DNA of 44,065 bases, taken from Tubiluchus corallicola. Its lineage: Eukaryota; Animalia; Priapulida. The notes below the pieces were generated by a model, which was not told where the DNA came from, searched no databases, and worked only from the letters and a program-made list of their open reading frames with translations. This document shows positions 39,803 through 44,065 of this stretch, in pieces. A program made the position numbers and the translations under genes. How positions within the stretch are numbered: the first letter of the stretch is position 1; every line of letters starts with the position of its first letter. The DNA lies in the NCBI GenBank assembly GCA_030141605.1, contig JAQGDQ010001370.1:1-44065 (forward strand). Reading direction: 5' to 3'.

Positions 39803-41399
39803 CTTACTGGTTGTTAATTGTACATTACATTTGTCGTTCTAGAAAGTGAATTCCTTACAAAAATGGTGTTAAATTGTTTTGCAATGAATGTGGTTCTACA
39901 TGCAATATATACATAATTATTTAATTTATAGCAAAAGCACTGGCAGTAATTTAAGATTCAGCACGCATCACCAAAACAAGTGCTATATATTAAATCAAAA
40001 CTCACTAGAAAACTTAATATTATATTAATATTATTTAATATAACATGTTAAAACTAATGTAGACAGACAACACAGAGCGCGCACAGTTTATATAATTTAT
40101 TATAGCTTTATAAATTTTGTAAGCAATCGTGACAGGCAAATGAAACGCATCAAATAAAACATGCGTAGGGAAGTCTTCGGTCGTAGTGACAATACATGTG
40201 TTATTTATGAGGAATACCTTTAAATGATAATTACTCTGACGCACTGGTACAATAGAAATTGCAGATACTGTCGGACCGGGAGTTATAACCTGCTAGTGTT
40301 TATAAGCTCTTAACAATACGTAATGTAATTGTAAAACAAAACAAGGCAAAAAAATCTGTTGGAAAAATCCAACATTGTCGAAATTTATAAAAAAAGTTAG
40401 AAAGAAGTTAGAAAAAAGAAAGAAGCGCTATGTCTCTGGTATAGAAATTAGTATGTAGGTAAATACTAACGAGTAATAAGATTAACATGCTGCAATATGA
40501 AAGAGTTGTTAAGACGAGTTTACTCCTGTAAATCCGTTTTTTGTATTATATCACAATCCTTCATTATTTGTGTAGATATGCCTCTACATGTATTCGAACT
40601 CTGGTTCCGTTTCGAGGTTCTTTATCTGAAAAAACAGTTAAAATAATTAAAGTATGTAAGTTTTCAAACAGTTTTCGCACTAAATCGAACTCCATGTATC
40701 AATACTTGGACGAGAACAAAGTTGACCTTTGACTTTTTTCCTGCAGAGAGATATGCGAACCCTAGTGTAAAACTATATATTTGTGAAAGACAATACTCTT
40801 CTAAAATTTATTTAGGCATGCAATAGATCTTGATATATAATTATGTCGATAAGCCGATTTCGTGGTATTTGTTTTCCATTAAAATCTGCTAAGTTCCTCG
40901 GCCGAGTAAATGCCAAGAAGCGTACAAAAAATGTTTCTTCAAAATTATTTAGCATTTCTTTTACTCGTCTTTAAAGGATGGCATTTTGAAGTGCTGCAAA
41001 AAGCACACATTTTAACACCCGTAATAATGGAAAGGCATTCATTTTAATTATTGAACGAGTTAAAACTTAATTAACACCGGTCAGAGCCTAACTAGTGATG
41101 ACATCGCATTTGAACATAATTTTCAACAGCACAAATATTCTACGAGTGTGTTACATGCGTTTGCGAAAACGGATATTGAAGTACAGTGCTACCGTACAAC
41201 ATTTAGTGTGATTTATAAGAACTTGGCGAATTTTAATTTTGATATTTAAATGTCAGGTTTACCGCTGTATCTGTTTTCACGCGCCAACTGTCGAACATGT
41301 ACACTACGTCACAACTGTGAACACATCTGTACTGAGACGTATAGAACGCGTTTCCAAAAAATGTTTATAGGGTATAGAGTCCAGTTTATTTAAGATTTT

Positions 41400-41658
<259 letters not shown>

Positions 41659-43557
41659 TATGCAGAGTAATTTGTTCTAGAATCCGCACTGTCATGTATA
41701 ACATCTACCGTAGCTAATAAATGACAACATCCATCTCAGCATTCACTTCTGTGCATGTATGCATTTTCTTATAAATGAGCCGTTGTAATTCTTACCTCTA
41801 TAGCTTGATTAGCTTCAAGTTGCGCTTTGTACCTCTTATCCTCCTGAACTGCCTTGACCTTTTCTTTAATCATTAACCCAATACAGACGAGAAACATGAA
41901 TGCTATAGGTGGAATGAGTGCCGCTAGGGTGCGGGATGAAATGTCAAATCCATCTACAAATTTTTCGAAGCTGCTTTGCGTCTGTGCCTTTGGTGAAACG
42001 AATAGTAATTACTTTTTATAAAAATTGCAACATGTCAAAACTAGATAATTAGTTACAAAGGAGAGATAATTCTTAATGATAACAGTAGATATAACTAATG
42101 AAAGCATCACCCAAAATTGAAAAGAAAAGACATGATGTTTCGACTTTTTGCTGTGGATTTCCTTCCAGGGGAAAAGAAAAATGCACAAAATTACAATTAA
42201 ACACATATATTGGAAACGCAGAAAGGACTGCAGACGCGAACGAACCCAATAACAGAAAAAATGTATACAGTCCATAGTAAATAAACTACAAGGGAAAAAC
42301 ACAAAATACTATTCATAATGACAAGCAAAAATGACTATGTCACAATAACACTGAGGTAAGAACACAAGAAGCAGTATAGCCACAAAGCCCTGGATTAGAT
42401 ACAAGATAATGTACAGAACGTTTATGGTGGGTTAATATGCAGAAATGTTAGAGAAGATAGCTGATATAGAAAAATAAACTCAAAATTGAATTTTTAACAC
42501 AGTCACAAAAATACCATTTTGAACAATAAACTAAGAGCTTAATTTTTGATTCACACTAACCATTTTTGTTAAACTCTATGTTCCTATAATAATAGAATAT
42601 AAACTGTTTTATTATTTTTTGTGTCTGCTGCTTAACTCACCACAAACGGTTTGACTAAACCTTCGCACGTAATGCGTAGGCTTTCTACACATTTTCTTTG
42701 TGTGTTCTTACTTCAGTCCTGTTGTGAAGCTATTGTAATTTATGCTACTGTGATTAGTGCATTTTGCGTTTTTTAGTTACTGCAGACTATGTGTTTTTCT
42801 TGCGATTGAGTTCTTTCTGTGGTTTTCACTGAATATAGTAACTGTTATTCTGTATAATGTAGATTGTACAATTACAAACTGTTTACATTACAAAATTCGA
42901 AAAGTGAGTATTTAGAGATCGACAGACATAAGACAGCAACAGTAAAATTTTCATTCGATTCACACAAACGTTTCAGCCACAACCAATGGCCAACTTCAGA
43001 TGTATTATATCTATATAATAAGGTTTTAAAATACATCTATAAACCCAAAGGTGTGTTACATTTTATTTTAGCTCAATTTTATTGTAATGAGTGAGCCGTT
43101 TTTTATGACAAATAAAGAATTAATATATAATAAATATATATATATATATATACATAACATGAAACTGAAACCTACATCTAAACCGATGTAAAACTTCTCT
43201 GTGATGCATTAAAGATTAGAACTCACCGGTATGGTTGTTGTGGGTTCTGTAGCTAAAAGAAAAATGACAAAATTATTAATATTAGTAAGTAGATCATGTT
43301 GATAATTTACTGACGATAATCGCGTAATCTTTTAAAGGTTAGCTAAAACTGAATTAACACCGATTTTCAGTTCATCAGTAAACGAAATTATTCTGAGTTA
43401 CTTTTGTATTATATTATCGAAACTTTCAGATGCTAGAAGTTTCCTTACTATAATACAAATGTTACACCTAAGTTATAACATACCTTATTGCATACATTTT
43501 TAGATTGTTGGTCATACATATACACAAGATATATATATATGTATTATACAATTGTGC

Positions 43558-43564
<7 letters not shown>

Positions 43565-43603
<39 letters not shown>
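43565..43603. repeat. (TA)n microsatellite
   Basis: Direct reading. Confidence 0.95.
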
Positions 43604-43606
<3 letters not shown>

Positions 43607-44065
43607 AAGACGAAATCTATTTTTTGGAAAGTTTGTGAACAAGAAAACGGTTTCATCTGCAGTCAGTACTGGAAGTAGCTAGATTATTTTTGGCAACAAA
43701 TATTGTCAACCAGTTTCAGATGTAAGCTTAGGTTCTCGCATATTCGTGGCATTTCGTGCTTATTGGTTTGCTTCTGGCGCTAAGAAATCAGATTATAAAC
43801 ATTATTATAAACAGTCATTATATGAACGTCTCTTGGGCGGTTTGTCTGACTTAACCCGTTTAGACTACCCCGCAGTGACTGAGTAACATACAAAGTTGTC
43901 ATTTTTGTATATTATCCCTCGGTGATGCTGAGCAAAGTGTGTCTAGACTGTTGGGTTTTCCTGATGAAAAGAAACGAAAAGAAAGTCCTGTAAGAAAAGC
44001 TGTGATCACGTGCAAAAACTTCGGGCCTCTGATTGGACAAATCACACCGGGAAAAATTCTTAATG

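Noticed and set aside
42392-42403. GGATTAGATAC, a 16S rRNA-like motif
   Set aside because: Only 11 nt, with no flanking rRNA similarity.
43955-44000. Hammerhead ribozyme core CTGATGA...GAAA
   Set aside because: The intervening A-rich sequence cannot form stem II, and there are no convincing stems I or III.

Overview
AT-rich, intron-containing animal (invertebrate-like) genomic DNA using the standard genetic code; the lineage cannot be fixed from this window. Three + strand spliced genes can be reconstructed by hand. (1) EGF gene A (<1-7603) is the 3' part of an EGF-only protein. Its first visible exon is a >4 kb intronless array of about 32 near-identical 126-bp units, each encoding one very acidic 42-aa EGF domain. 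Three ordinary EGF exons and a basic C-terminal tail follow. (2) EGF gene B (8858-12718) is a complete 4-exon, 296-aa secreted paralog with the same last three exons but no array. (3) A SEL1L3-like gene (<22322-39180) has at least 23 exons encoding a LamG/ConA-like region, Sel1 repeats and a C-terminal hydrophobic anchor, with one probable GC-AG intron. The rest is introns and intergenic DNA with MITEs, tRNA-derived SINEs, an L2/CR1 LINE remnant, and mini- and microsatellites. The best candidate for something undescribed is the long/short EGF paralog pair. They share an unusual C-terminal module (Cys-free spacer, half-EGF, conserved terminal EGF), and one carries a homogenised polyanionic EGF array. 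All family assignments are from memory of the families, not from database searches.
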